Position numbers and translations under genes: made by a program
From: Eledone cirrhosa
Taxonomy: Eukaryota
Reading direction: 5' to 3'
Assembly: GCA_964016885.1 (NCBI GenBank)
Contig: OZ024740.1
Coordinates: 315,084,001 to 315,148,000, forward strand
Length of the DNA: 64,000 bases
Notes under the pieces: model-generated
What the model was told of the DNA's origin: nothing
The model's database searches: none
The model's input: only the letters and a program-made list of their open reading frames with translations
In this document: piece by piece, positions 43,654 to 57,389 of the stretch
How positions within the stretch are numbered: the stretch's first letter is position 1
Layout of the letters: each line of letters opens with the position of its first letter

Positions 43654-43807
43654 AATATTGAGTATATGTTGGTTGTTTACCGACACCTCAGTATGCAGGT
43701 TGGAGCACTCGACGAGGTACGCAGGTTGGTTTGGTTACTCCGGAGTAATCTAAAATAAAATAATTAAGTCAAATATTTAAAATTTGGCTTCGTTTATTAA
43801 AAGATGT

Positions 43808-43862
43808 ACTGCTATATATATTTCGGTGACAGCCATCATTGGCTGTGACCTCATCAGGCAGT
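43808..43862 (-). ncRNA. Minimal type I hammerhead ribozyme
   Basis: ACTGC-CTGATGA-GGTCACAGCCAATGATGGCTGTCACC-GAAA-TATATA-TA-GCAGT. Confidence 0.9.
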
Positions 43863-44090
43863 CCGAATTGGTGTGGTAGAGACAGGTACCCATGTTGTTA
43901 AAGTACTTTACTCCGTCAATACTCCGATATGTCCAGCTCCTGGTTGGGTTGTTATTTCTCTGAGGAACTGGAATTATATGATTCCATATGATATAATTCC
44001 AGTTCCTCAGAGAAATAACAACCCAACCAGGAACTGGACATATCGGAGTATTGACGGAGTAAAGTACCTGTCTCTACCACACCAATTAGG

Positions 44091-44145
44091 ACTGCCTGAA
44101 GAGGTCACAGCCAGTGATGGCTGTCACCGAAATATATATAGCAGT
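44091..44145 (+). ncRNA. Minimal type I hammerhead ribozyme
   Basis: ACTGC-CTGAAGA-GGTCACAGCCAGTGATGGCTGTCACC-GAAA-TATATA-TA-GCAGT. Confidence 0.9.
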
Positions 44146-44195
44146 ACATCTTTTAATAAACGAAGCCAAATTTTAAATATTTGACTTAATTATTT

Positions 44196-44231
<36 letters not shown>

Positions 44232-45573
44232 CCGTAAATTTTTTTATCAATCTTGGAAGGATAACAGGCAAAGCTAACATAGGTGGGATTTGAACTCAGA
44301 GCGTAAAGGGCCGACCGATGCTCTAACGATTCTGCCAATACACTAATAATAATTTTATTTCTACTTTTGGCACAAGGCCAGCAATTAACCAGTGCATTAC
44401 TGGTACTTTATTTTATCGACCCGTTCTATCAACAGTCACTGCACCGGTTTCCTCCACCAGTATCTTCACCGAAGTTTTAGAATGACACCCCATCCCCTTA
44501 CCATGATTCATCCTCGCATGGGTCTGTTTCCAGATGATGATTTACGATAGAGTCTGGCAAACTTCAATCATTTATCTGCTGTCTTGTCAATTAACTGGAG
44601 AGGTGGTCAAGGCGCTGTTCATTGGTCACTTTTTACACACAGGTGACATTTTAAAATTCTGGCTGCCTGTCAGTGTGGATTATTTCGTTGAATTTCTTTT
44701 ACTTTTCGGTGTTTAAGATATATTCATCTTATGGTTACAATAATAAGAGATAGACAAAAACATTTTAATAAAAAATTTCATTTGTTGGAAATATTTTATT
44801 CGTTCAAAAGGCCGCACAGAATGGCATAGAAGGCCACAGGTTCCCCATCTATGGCCTATATTGATATGATGTAATTTTTCATACAAACAAATACTTTATA
44901 CAGAAATGGAAGTCACTTTAAGACGGAATTTATTTAGATGACAATAAACGGTTGATAATGTTAAGCAGAGAATATAGCATTAGATGGAGCATGTTTGGGA
45001 TACACAATTTTTGATAACACTAACCGTTTAATAATATTGTCAATGATTATAATAAGCAGTTCTCATTGTATTATATATTAAGTACGACATTAATTGTATG
45101 AGTTAGCATGTTTGAGTCATTTACATATATGTTCATACATCTCAGTACAAAGACACACGGAGTATGGTAGAGACTGAAACACACATGCAATGTGTACTTA
45201 GTAATAAAACAACAGTGAAATGAGACACACAAGAGTTAAATGTATGTGGATAGATACATAGACACACTCTCACGTACAAACATACACACACATATAGAGA
45301 GATAGATAGATAGATAGATCTAGTCTAAAGTCTGTTTTAAGCCAGATGGCTCATTTGGCCGGTGCTTATCACGGTTATTGCTGGTACTCTTCAGCTGAGT
45401 ATACTGAGGTGTTTTGCTCAAGAGCACAACAAGCAACCCAAGAATCGAACCTACGACATTATGATCGTAAGTCCAACACCCTTACCACTAGGCCACATGT
45501 CTCCACACACACACACACACACACTCACACGCACATATATATAGTGAGAGAGAGAGATTGGTAGATAGAAAGA

Positions 45574-45674
<101 letters not shown>

Positions 45675-47716
45675 CTTTATTTGCCACAAGGGTGCAGAGA
45701 GTAATTAGCAACTGGGATAGCAACAGATGGCAACAGTTTGGTTTCATGAGAGAGAAAGAAAGACAGGCTGAGAGAGAGAGAAAAGGGGAGTGAGTGAGAG
45801 AGATAGACTGAGAGATAGGGAGTGACTGAGAGAGAGAGAGAATGAGAGATAGGTAGATAGATAGACAGATAGATAGATAGAAAGAAAGAAAGAATGAAAG
45901 CTAGATAGATAGAAAGAATGAGAGACAGAGAGAGAACCAAGAGCAAAAAAAAAAAAAATGGTAAAAAAAAACACCGTGAAAAAAAGTTGATGAAGATCAA
46001 GACGAAAAAGTAATGAGAGACATGCGAAGACAAAGAAGAGAGGGGGCGCATGAGAGAACGAGAGAGAAGAGACAGAGAGATGGGGAGAGACAGAGAGAAG
46101 GATTGTGAGAAGCGAAAGATTCAATGAGAAAGTGATAGTTACGTGAAAAGAAAGATGGGAAGGCTGAGTAGAAAATGTAAAAAATAAAAACATGGCAAAA
46201 AAATAAATCAATAATGATATGAAACAAAGAGTTGTGTATGTTTTATTTATTGATTTCTTCGCATAAAAGGGAATAATAGGGTCCATATCAATAGGGGGTT
46301 GTTTAAGCCTAGGCCGGCTCTGATCGAGCAGATAGAGATTTGCGATCAAAGACGTCTTTTTTTATTTCAAGATTACTTTGACCAATGGGATTGTTTTTTC
46401 TCCCTTTAAGACGGTAGTTTGTAATTTGAGGGGTATTAGATTGCTATTTCTAGTGACCGTGTAGAGGTTCAATCGGTAGAAGAAAGTTAACAAGAGGTGA
46501 TATAAAATTAAAGAATAGGTCTAGACATCTTCCCCACAAAAACCTATCAATCATACACACACAAGTTTCAAGTGAAGGAAGAAAAATGTTGCTCGTGTTA
46601 CTGCAGAAGGAGCAATGGCAACACTGCACAAGCAACTGTTTTTCTTTAGCCGGAATATTTGTTCGGGATCAGGAAAGGAAAGACTAATGTACCTGTCCTT
46701 TACCAAAAGTGGAATACGCTATAATATACCGTCAAGGGAACAATCGAGAGACGTCCTAGATGATGTGGTAAGCAGCATCACAGCTTTGACCAAGGCAAAG
46801 CCTCCGTAGTTATCGACCTACTTATGATTACATTATCTAAGGCCTCCTCTCTCTTTTTTTTAAAGATTGTAGTGTGATTTAAGGGAGATTTAGCAGCTAT
46901 TTTAACAGGTCGAGCAACTACGCAGGGGCGCCTTCGTTCATTTTTAAACGCGAGGTAGTATAGTTAGAAGGAAAGAGGGCAGTATTGTTTTATTAACTAC
47001 CGATTAATAAGAAAAGGTTGACACGGTCTCCTAGATTGGACAAAGCTTTGTAGAATGACAAGAGATGAAGGTTTGCCTGTGAAGCAAAAGTTCTTTCTTG
47101 TGATGCATTCCTATATGTATTCATATACATAGAAAGACGTAATCTCATCTCCATGCCTGACGTGTGGAGTCGAGTTGTGTCTCAAGTTTTGAGTCGCTGA
47201 CAGAGAAAAATCATGACGTGTATGTATGGCGATGTCATATTACCTAGATATATATGTTATTATATGTGATAGGGAGGTGTTGTTATTGAGCTTCAGAGTT
47301 ACCCCGATTGACCAGAACAATGACCAAAGGTGGTTCCAGCTGCAACAATCCCGTCCTTTTGTTTTTTCAGGCATAATGGAACTAAAAGTACATTATCCAA
47401 TGTGTCCTTTTTTAAAGGTGAAAGTACAGTGTCAATTGAAGTGATTTGGCTCTTGTTTCTAGAATGTCACGTACATATTCTAGTTGGTAAAAGTAACAGT
47501 AGGTAACTCGTTAGAATAAGGTAGAAAACAGTGTAGGTAACTTAAACGAATCTAAGGTAGTCCTGTGTGTCGCTGAGAGTAAAGCTTCGAAAGTACAAAG
47601 TGAAAGCATATTGAGCAATATATACAGAACATAACAGTCTGTAGACAGATCCCGGAAGAAAGATTTTTGCACAAGGAATGACGAAAGATTGTGTTGATGT
47701 CAGTGACAACAATGGC

Positions 47717-47755
<39 letters not shown>

Positions 47756-47912
47756 CACACACACACATACATATATATATAGTTTTTAAAGACAAGACAA
47801 AGTTGAGATATACAGACATGATGAGACAGGCATGCAAGATAAGACAAAAAAGTGTGTTTGTGTGCATGTGCGTGTGTATATATGTATATATATATATATG
47901 TATGTATATATA

Positions 47913-48002
<90 letters not shown>

Positions 48003-48417
48003 TAAAACTGAAGATATACAAAAGCGGTTACTGCATCGTTCTCAAAATAAAGTGTTACCCAGCGGTCTCTTGTCGACGGAGACCATCAAACTGTTTCCTT
48101 GTTTCTTTGTTTGTATATAACTTTTTATTCTTGACAAACAGGCAAATCAAGACAAAACTGACAGGCAAGAATATAGAGATAGACAGACAGATACACAGAC
48201 AGGCAGATTGACAGATACACAGACGGACATACCGACTCACAGACAGACACACAGACCTACTCATAGACAGACACACAGCCAGACACACAGACAGACACAC
48301 AGACAGACACACAGCCAGACACACAGACTGAGTGAGTCAGACACACAAACAGACAGATATTAGAACTGTCAATTGATTCATTCAAGTAAATTATACTAGA
48401 AACGATCGACTGATTTG

Positions 48418-49145
48418 GTGGTGGTGGTGATTGTGGTGGTGGTGGTGGTGGTGGTTGTGGTGGTGGTGGTGGTGGTGGTGGTGGTGGTGGTGGTGATTGC
48501 GGTGGTGGTGGTGGTGGTTGTGGCGGTGGTGGTGGCGGCGGCGTTGATGGATGTAATTAAATGTGTGTGATAGTGGTGTGTCGATGGTGGTGGTGTGGTG
48601 GCGGTGGTGATGTGGTGGTGGTGATGGCGGTGGTTGTGGTGGTGGTGGTGGTGTTGGTGGTGGTGGTGATTGCGGTGGTGGTGATGGATGTAATGAAATG
48701 TGTGTGATAGTGGTGTGTTGATGGTGGTGGTGTGGTGGCGGTGGTGATGTGGTGGTGGTGATGGCGGTGGTGGTGATGGATGTAATGAAATGTGTGTGAT
48801 AGTGGTGTGTTGATGGTGGTGGTGTGGTGGCGGTGGTGATGTGGTGGTGGTGATGGCGGTGGTGGTGATGGATGTAATGAAATGTGTGTGATAGTGGTGT
48901 GTTGATGGTGGTGGTGTGGTGGCGGTGGTGATGTGGTGGTGGTGATGGCGGTGGTGGTGATGGATGTAATGAAATGTGTGTGATAGTGGTGTGTTGATGA
49001 TGGTGGTGTGGTGGCGGTGGTGATGTGGTGGTGGTGATGGCGGTGGTGGTGATGGATGTAATGAAATGTGTGTGATAGTGGTGTGTTGATGGTGTGGTGG
49101 TGGTGTGGTGGTGGTGGTGATGGCGGTGGTGGAGGTATGGTGGTT
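48418..49145. repeat. (GGT)n-derived tract containing a 92-bp higher-order unit (~6 copies)
   Basis: TGTAATGAAATGTGTGTGATAG recurs at 48781, 48873, 48965. Confidence 0.9.
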
Positions 49146-49362
49146 GTGCTTATAGTGTGTGTGTATGTGTATAAGTGATAGTTAAATATATATATATATA
49201 TATAAGTAGGGGAAATAAGTTAGGGAATTAAGGTGCTTATATGTGTACATATAAACAAATAGTCATATGTGTATAAATACACACACCTGTGTATCTACTT
49301 ACACACAAACAAACACACGCCCACACTCACACTCACAATTATATATATATATGAGCATTTAT

Positions 49363-49550
49363 ATAATTGTTTCTACTTTTGGCATAAGGCCAGCAATTAT
49401 CCCAGGGCATTACTGGTACTTTATTTTATCGACCCCGTAAGGATGAAAGGCAAAGTTAACCTCGGCGGGATTTGAACTCAGTTCGTAAAGGGACGTAACT
49501 GTGCTGCAAAGCATGGCGTCTGACCCTCTACCGATACTGCCAATCCACCA
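49363..49550 (-). mobile_element. Main-family SINE
   Basis: Reverse complement of head/core/tail. Confidence 0.85.
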
Positions 49551-49575
49551 ATATGCATAAGTATATATATATATG

Positions 49576-49621
<46 letters not shown>

Positions 49622-49765
49622 CACATATACATACATATATATATATATCAAAATCATATATCTGTATGACCATATATCTGCCAACATATGTATACAAACA
49701 GATAGCATACATACAGACATGTTTTAATGTCTATAAATAATTTATATATATATATATATATATAT

Positions 49766-50009
49766 AACGAAGGAAATGTGGTAAGGGACCAGGTGGACCA
49801 TAACGCACCAAAGTACTCAATACTTGAGGTAGTAGAGTGGGTAATAGGAACCAGTAAGACCCCGACAGCTGAGCTCAAGCCGTTTCGACGGCTAATTCTG
49901 GACTAAATCAATTTTAGTCCAGAAAATCAGATTTAGTCCACTAAATCAGATTTAGTCCAGAATTAGCCGTCGAAACGGCTTGAGCTCAGCTGTCGGGGTC
50001 TTACTGGTT

Positions 50010-50013
<4 letters not shown>
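49766..50013. mobile_element. Head-to-head PLE-like 3'-end pair in (TA)n
   Basis: Arms ~49845-49909 and ~49949-50013 perfectly inverted; junction contains re-copied AAATCAGATTTAGTCCA; left tail to 49766. Confidence 0.8.
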
Positions 50014-50084
<71 letters not shown>

Positions 50085-50171
50085 ATAGAAACATACATAT
50101 ATATGTATATATGTACATATATATATATAACTACATACTATACCTACATACAACGCATACACACACACACA

Positions 50172-50222
<51 letters not shown>

Positions 50223-50335
50223 TTATATATATATATATATGTGTTTGTGTGTAATAAACATACATAAAAATGACTCAATGCCTATAAATGATATATATAA
50301 ACATACATACACCCCTCCATATGTATATATATATA

Positions 50336-50441
<106 letters not shown>

Positions 50442-50662
50442 TATTTAAAGACATAAATTAGATATAAACGTTGAAATATTTTTATGTATGTACACGTATG
50501 TTTAATATATATATATATTAAACATACATACATAAAAATATTTCAACGTTTATATCTAATTTATGTCTTTAAGTTTATATATATTGTATATTTGTTTATG
50601 TGTGTAATATAGATATTTATATACATGCAAATACACACACACATACACACACACACACACAC

Positions 50663-50729
<67 letters not shown>

Positions 50730-51016
50730 TATACCTACATACAATACATACATATACACACATACACACACACACACATACAAACAAACAAACACACACA
50801 CGGAATAATATGTGTAGCGTAACGAAAATTTATCAAAAGTAAAGGTGTTGGCAGAGGGGGCAGGATGAGAAACGGAACAGCTCATCCGTCTGCTTCAACC
50901 AGTTAGGTCTGCCTCCAACAGATCCATTCATTCATATATACTAACATACACATATGTGAATAAGTATATATATATGTATGTATGTATATATATATATATA
51001 TATGTGTATGTATGTA

Positions 51017-51061
<45 letters not shown>

Positions 51062-51076
51062 ATATGTATGTATGTA

Positions 51077-51121
<45 letters not shown>

Positions 51122-51142
51122 ATATGTATATATGTATATATG

Positions 51143-51178
<36 letters not shown>

Positions 51179-51185
51179 TGTTTAC

Positions 51186-51245
<60 letters not shown>

Positions 51246-51270
51246 ACGTATATATATATATATATGTATG

Positions 51271-51319
<49 letters not shown>

Positions 51320-51320
51320 G

Positions 51321-51352
<32 letters not shown>

Positions 51353-51496
51353 TATATATATATATGTATGCATATGTATACATATATTTATACATATATA
51401 TATACGTACACACACATATATATATGCATATATATATATATACATATATATATACATGTACATATTTGCATACTCACACATATATATGCATATATC

Positions 51497-51564
<68 letters not shown>

Positions 51565-51689
51565 ACCTGTGTGTGAATGAGATTTGTATTCACACAAGCA
51601 AACAATCGACTTTTTAATAGGTCATGAGCAACGAATTTCTTCACCCCTATCCCGCCAACCACGACCACATACCCTCATGTTCAGACCGG

Positions 51690-51728
<39 letters not shown>

Positions 51729-51751
51729 GATATATATATAGATATAGATAT

Positions 51752-51788
<37 letters not shown>

Positions 51789-52459
51789 TATATATATATA
51801 TATATACATACATATATATATATATATCTTTCTCTCTCTCTTTCTTTCTCTCTCTTACTCTCTCTCTCTCTCTCACTCTCTCTCTATATATCGCTCTCTC
51901 TCTCTCTCTCGCTAGCTCCCTCTCTCTGTCCCTGTCCCTGTCTCTCTCTCTTTCTTTCTCTTTCACTCTCTCTCTTTCACTCTCTTTCTCTTTCCCCCTA
52001 TTTTTCTCTCTCTCTTTCTCTCTTTCTATAACACATAACATATGCATGCTTGTATACTTACACACAAATATATAGATATACACATGCATATATAAATACA
52101 TACGTAGATACAAGCATACATACATACCAGAAGAACATACATATATGCATGCATACATACATACATACATACATACATACATACATACATACTTACATAC
52201 ATCATACATACATACATACATACATACATACATACATGCATACATACATGCATACTTACATACATCATACATACATACATACATACATACATACATACAT
52301 ACATACAAGCATACATAAATACATGCATACATACATACATGCATAGATACATGCATGGATACATACGTACATACACACATACAAACATGCATTCATACAT
52401 ACTTGCTTACATACATACACACACACATACATACGTGCATAATTACATATATATATATA

Positions 52460-52493
<34 letters not shown>

Positions 52494-52648
52494 CATACAT
52501 ACATACATACATACATACACATATACATATATTCATACGTGCATAATTACATCTATATTTATATATATGCATACATACATTCGTACATACATTCATACAC
52601 GCAGACACATAGATACGCACACTCATAGGCGTACACACAGACACACAG

Positions 52649-52679
<31 letters not shown>

Positions 52680-52709
52680 CACACACACAGACACACACAC
52701 AGGCACACC

Positions 52710-52745
<36 letters not shown>

Positions 52746-53120
52746 TATATACACACACACACATATATATATATAGGTATATGCAGCAGAGTGTTGTGAG
52801 TTTAGTGCACTAACCTGTTGAGGTTCGTTAAGTAGGATTTAACCTCACCAAATATGAGCTAGAGTGACAGTGAGAGTGAAAGTGAGGTAGCTAACGAGGG
52901 AGGGGGAGGTGATTAGAAAGGTTGGCAAAATAAATATGAGAGAAAGGGTAAGGGAAAAGGGAGGGAAGTTAACGTGTGTATGATTATGTTGACTGGTTCA
53001 ACTATGTCACTATGATTTATGGTTCTAGTCTACAATGTATCTCTCTCTCTCTATATATATATATATATAGAGAGAGAGATATAGATATATAGATCTATGT
53101 ATGTATATATATGTATATAT

Positions 53121-53495
53121 ATTCTAGGAGAAGGAAAACTCTGATATAACACCTGCAACCATGATGGTATCCAATGATGTTGACTTGTTCTTCTTTTTGG
53201 TAAATATCATCTTGGTTAAGAGAGTGGGACTGGCTTTGTGCAGTGCCTTTGCTCACTATAAAAGCTTCATGGCACAGGCATTGCTTTATATCTGGAGATC
53301 TCTCTGCACTTGTCGTCACATGGTACCATGGACCCAGCACTATGTGTCAATAATTGTCACAAGTGTAGTGTTTGTACCAGAGTTTTCAAGTCGCTGGCTG
53401 GACTAAAAAGTCACACTCGTTCAGTGCATCGGTCGGGGTTCTCCTACATGGATATAATGTAGTGGCCGTACTCGAAAACGAGTTGGCAGCCACCA
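53121..53495 (+). mobile_element. ~610 bp element, copy 3 (truncated at one end)
   Basis: Matches the reverse complement of 5554-5930; same GCAGCCACCAT terminus. Confidence 0.85.
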
Positions 53496-53513
53496 TATCT
53501 ATATCTATATATA

Positions 53514-53570
<57 letters not shown>

Positions 53571-54660
53571 ATAGTAATAATAATAAAATTGAAGACTAAA
53601 ATCCAAAGAGGGCTCGATAAGGAAAATATATATCAAATATATAAGAACCGTAGAGCAAATATTTATTAAAATAACAGATTAAAGTTTAAGCAAAGAATCG
53701 CTGCTTTCACCCTTAACGGGATCTTCTGAAACTAACAAAGTCAATCTATAAACGCAGAACTGGATATTTCAAAAAACGTTGCAACCGGAGGAAGACAGGA
53801 AGACGATACTTTGGTTCGTGGTAACGTTCGCTGGCAAAGAACGGGAAAAACCGAATAATACGTTATTAATAGGAGCGGTGAAAAACAATTACGCGCAAAG
53901 ACAAAACCACGTTTATGGTATAAAAGAGGTCGTAGACTAATGTTCTCTTAGGTGGTGCATAGAGACGTTCTCTGGCAATGAACGAAAAAACGAAGATAAT
54001 AAGTCATAGAGCGTTTTGGAGAACAATAGCACGCAAAGACAAAACCACGTAAATGGTATAGCAGAAATCGTAGACTAAAATTCCAACTAGGAGACCAAAT
54101 GAATCTCCGCTACAGAGTTAAGAACAAAGTAAATAAATACAATACAGAAGTAATAGAAACAAATATATACATACACGCAAACAGATACGTACATACACAA
54201 GCATACGCAAAACCTTACCATGGGTATACAAAACCACGCACATATAAATATGTGTGTGTGTGTATGCTTGTGTACAAATAAATAAATAATTATATAAACG
54301 TATATAAGTAAATAAATACGTATATAACAAGCGCACACGCATACCTACATATAAATACACGAATATTCGGAGACGTAAGTCAACTAAAACAAGAAGTACA
54401 CATATACACACACCCACCATACGTACGAACCTGCACACTCACGCGGACGCAAAACTCCCGTATACACATAGCCAAACCCTAAATACCAGAATATGTAAAA
54501 ATTATACGCTATAACAGTCAAATATACGTACGAGAAGGTATACATACCTTCACAAAACATACGGGTAATATATACTTACCTATGCAAATAAGTAAAGGAA
54601 TAAACAAAACATATACTTAGCTCCCACATCAAGACGTAAAATATCCACGTATAGATCGTG

Positions 54661-55648
54661 CTATCCGTTAGGGTATAACGTGGGGCTGTAATACAGGAAA
54701 GTTTTGTGCAATTTATGTTTACAAGCCGAAATTGCCTCAGATTTTTTGTTTAAGATGTGGTCTGTAGCGTAGAGTATTTCCAGGGCCTCAGCGGCGCAGA
54801 GGTCACATGGTCTTTTATTTCCGTTATACGATCTAGCCCTAGCTAGGATCTCCCAGTGTAACTTATATTGGGTGTGGTTGTCTTTTAGACTCCAGATATA
54901 AGCTGAAAGTGACGTCATATTCCTTCTTAGAGGGTAACGAAAAGAATGGGTATGCATGTAAAGACGCTGCTTGAAACTATTGGCGGTTAACCCTATGTAG
55001 GCCCTACGGGACGTGGGTGTTACAACCTTACATTTGTAGACAATGTTACTAGAGAGGCATTTCCCGGATAGGGGGCAATCAGCCCGATTCCTACAATTAC
55101 AGTTAGTTCTAACTACAGGGTTGCACATGTTCCTACGGCTAGGTAGTTTAGCTAAATTTGAAGCTGTGATGTTATGTGCAAGGTTAGGAGTCGTAGAGTA
55201 AGAAATTTTAATAGTATTTCTATTAAAAATGTTACTATATTTATGTGTAGGGGGAAAATGCTTCGTAATAAGGGAAAGAAAGATCTTAGCTAATGGTGTG
55301 GCCACCTCCATATTATATGGTGGGTTAAACCAACAAATGCGACGGGATCTATTTCTTCTAGGTCTATTTTCGTACTCTGTATATGCTACCTTATCGACAA
55401 ATCCACTTCGAGCAAGAGCTTCATTGTAATAAGTGGAATGGTCGTTGAAAATGCGCTCGTTGGTGGAAAGACGGGAAAGCCTCAACGAAACGTTTCTTAC
55501 CAGGTTCTTGGTTATGCTGGCAGGATGGTTGGAATGCTTACTTATGTAATTAAGCGTATCATTCGGCTTTCTATACGGGTAATACAACCCATTCAATAAA
55601 TTGAGGGTAACGTCGAGATAATTAACGACCGAGAGATTGGCCTCAACC
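54661..55648 (-). CDS. PLE polyprotein C-terminal part (RT thumb, Cys linker, GIY-YIG endonuclease), 5'-truncated but uninterrupted
   Basis: VVNYLDVTLNL..YRKPNDTLNYISKHSNHP; WFNPPY; CNCRNRADCPLSGKC; NIVYKC..AYIGLT..FKQR..H; CDLCAAE; LNKKSE..CKH. Confidence 0.9.
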
Positions 55649-55828
55649 TGGGTGGTTTTGTCTTTGCGCGTAATTGTTTTTCACCGCTCCTATTAATGAC
55701 GTATTATTCGTTTTTTCCCGTTCTTTGCCAGCGAACGTTACCACGAACCAAAGTATCGTCTTCCTGTCTTCCTCCGGTTGCAACGTTTTTTGAAATATCC
55801 AGTTCTGCGTTTACAGATTGACTTTGTT

Positions 55829-55879
55829 AGTTTCAGAAGATCCCGTTAAGGGTGAAAGCAGCGATTCTTTGCTTAAACT
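55829..55879 (+). ncRNA. Variant hammerhead (CAGAAGA core); twin at 53683-53733 on minus
   Basis: AGTTT-CAGAAGA-TCCCGTTAAGGGT-GAAA-GCAGCGATTCTTTGC-TT-AAACT; stems I-III can form. Confidence 0.6.
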
Positions 55880-55895
55880 TTAATCTGTTATTTTA

Positions 55896-55998
<103 letters not shown>

Positions 55999-56055
55999 CA
56001 TACATACATACATATATATGTATATATATGGATATATGGATATAAATTTTCCCTA

Positions 56056-56094
<39 letters not shown>

Positions 56095-56099
<5 letters not shown>

Positions 56100-56424
56100 A
56101 GAAAAAAAAGAATCAGTGTTGCGACGAAAGGAATTTATTGGGCATATTACAATTGTTTCTCGGGCGACCAGCTCGAGGCACGATCGATGTGCTGATCAAA
56201 CCTGACTCTGAAATAGCGCGGTCCTCGGATACGTCTCGATTCTACGCGCAATTTCAGAGCCAGGTTTGATCACCACATCGATCGTGCCCCGAGCTGGTCG
56301 CCCGAGAAACAATTGTAATATGTCCAATAAATTCTCTTTTTTCAGTGATATCATACTCTGCTCTACGAGGGCATCGAGTGCTCATACGACCTACCGCATA
56401 CGGACGCTTTAAGCATCCAACACC

Positions 56425-56430
<6 letters not shown>
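56095..56430. mobile_element. Head-to-head PLE 3'-end pair in (TA)n
   Basis: Arms ~56095-56220 and ~56245-56351; GAAA-CAATTG-TA hammerhead 3' half then AATAAA; right arm has extra tail. Confidence 0.85.
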
Positions 56431-56497
<67 letters not shown>

Positions 56498-56537
56498 TAT
56501 ATTAAATAAATGGAAACTATATTTATAAAACGATATT

Positions 56538-56601
56538 TATTTTATTATATATGTTTCAAGCGTACCAAGACAACATTGGTACGCTTTCCTCAGATAAAAT
56601 A
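56538..56601 (-). ncRNA. Minimal hammerhead ribozyme in PLE remnant (~56495-56635)
   Basis: TATTTTAT-CTGAGGA-AAGCGTACCAA-TGTTGTC-TTGGTACGCTT-GAAA-CATATA-TA-ATAAAATA. Confidence 0.8.
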
Positions 56602-56769
56602 CAAAGTTTGTTTTATAAATAGAGACATACCCATAAAAATCATACCTTATCGGTTGGATATTCTCTGGATAGTGGAAATATATTAGGGATTTTTCAAACT
56701 TATGAGTGAATATGCAAATGAATATGTAAATAATTGAAAAACAACCGTTTATTTAAATGACTATGGAGA

Positions 56770-56848
<79 letters not shown>

Positions 56849-57199
56849 AATACCTGAAATAAAGTCCCTTGTTGTACAGCCAACCATGTTACTCTTCATT
56901 CTTTCACTATATATATATATACATATATTTCGTATGTGATACTGAAGAGTACTCAATATAATGAATATAGAGTTAACTTATACATTTCCTTATATGTACA
57001 GACCCTTTGCTAAGGCTTTTTACTTTTAATTTCTAAAAGATAAAAACGAAAACACAAATATCTTTCGAGCCCTTATAAGATAGGGATAGTGTTGGGTATA
57101 CATCATATATACTGTATATATACTGTATATATACTGTATATTTTATATATATTCTATCTTTGTACTGTTACTCTTTTCTGATTCATATACATTATTGTA

Positions 57200-57389
57200 C
57201 TGGATTGGCAGAATCGGTCGAGAGTCGGAGACCGTGCTTTGAAGCATAGAGTTACGTCCCTTTATGATCCGAGTTCAAATTCCGCCGAGGTTAACTTTGC
57301 TTTTCATCCTTACAGGGTCGATAAAATAAAGTACCTGTAATACACTGGAATAATTGCTGGCCTTGTGCCAAAAGTAGAAACAATTATTA
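57200..57389 (+). mobile_element. Main-family SINE
   Basis: Head/core/tail. Confidence 0.85.

Larger units (their letters stand above)
43655..44202. mobile_element. Head-to-head PLE 3'-end pair with two intact hammerheads
   Basis: Arms ~43751-43980 and ~43992-44202; left tail to ~43655. Confidence 0.9.

Noticed and set aside
43751-44202. Palindromes as miRNA precursors or MITEs
   Set aside because: Arms are unequal, centres are variable, no TSD can be separated from TA, and hammerhead plus AATAAA content matches PLE 3' ends.
46450-46810. Short ORFs as PLA2 exon 2
   Set aside because: No group III C-terminal motifs or cysteine pattern; other unique stretches (26700-27000, 41460-41830, 44530-44720, 47560-47720) also failed by eye.
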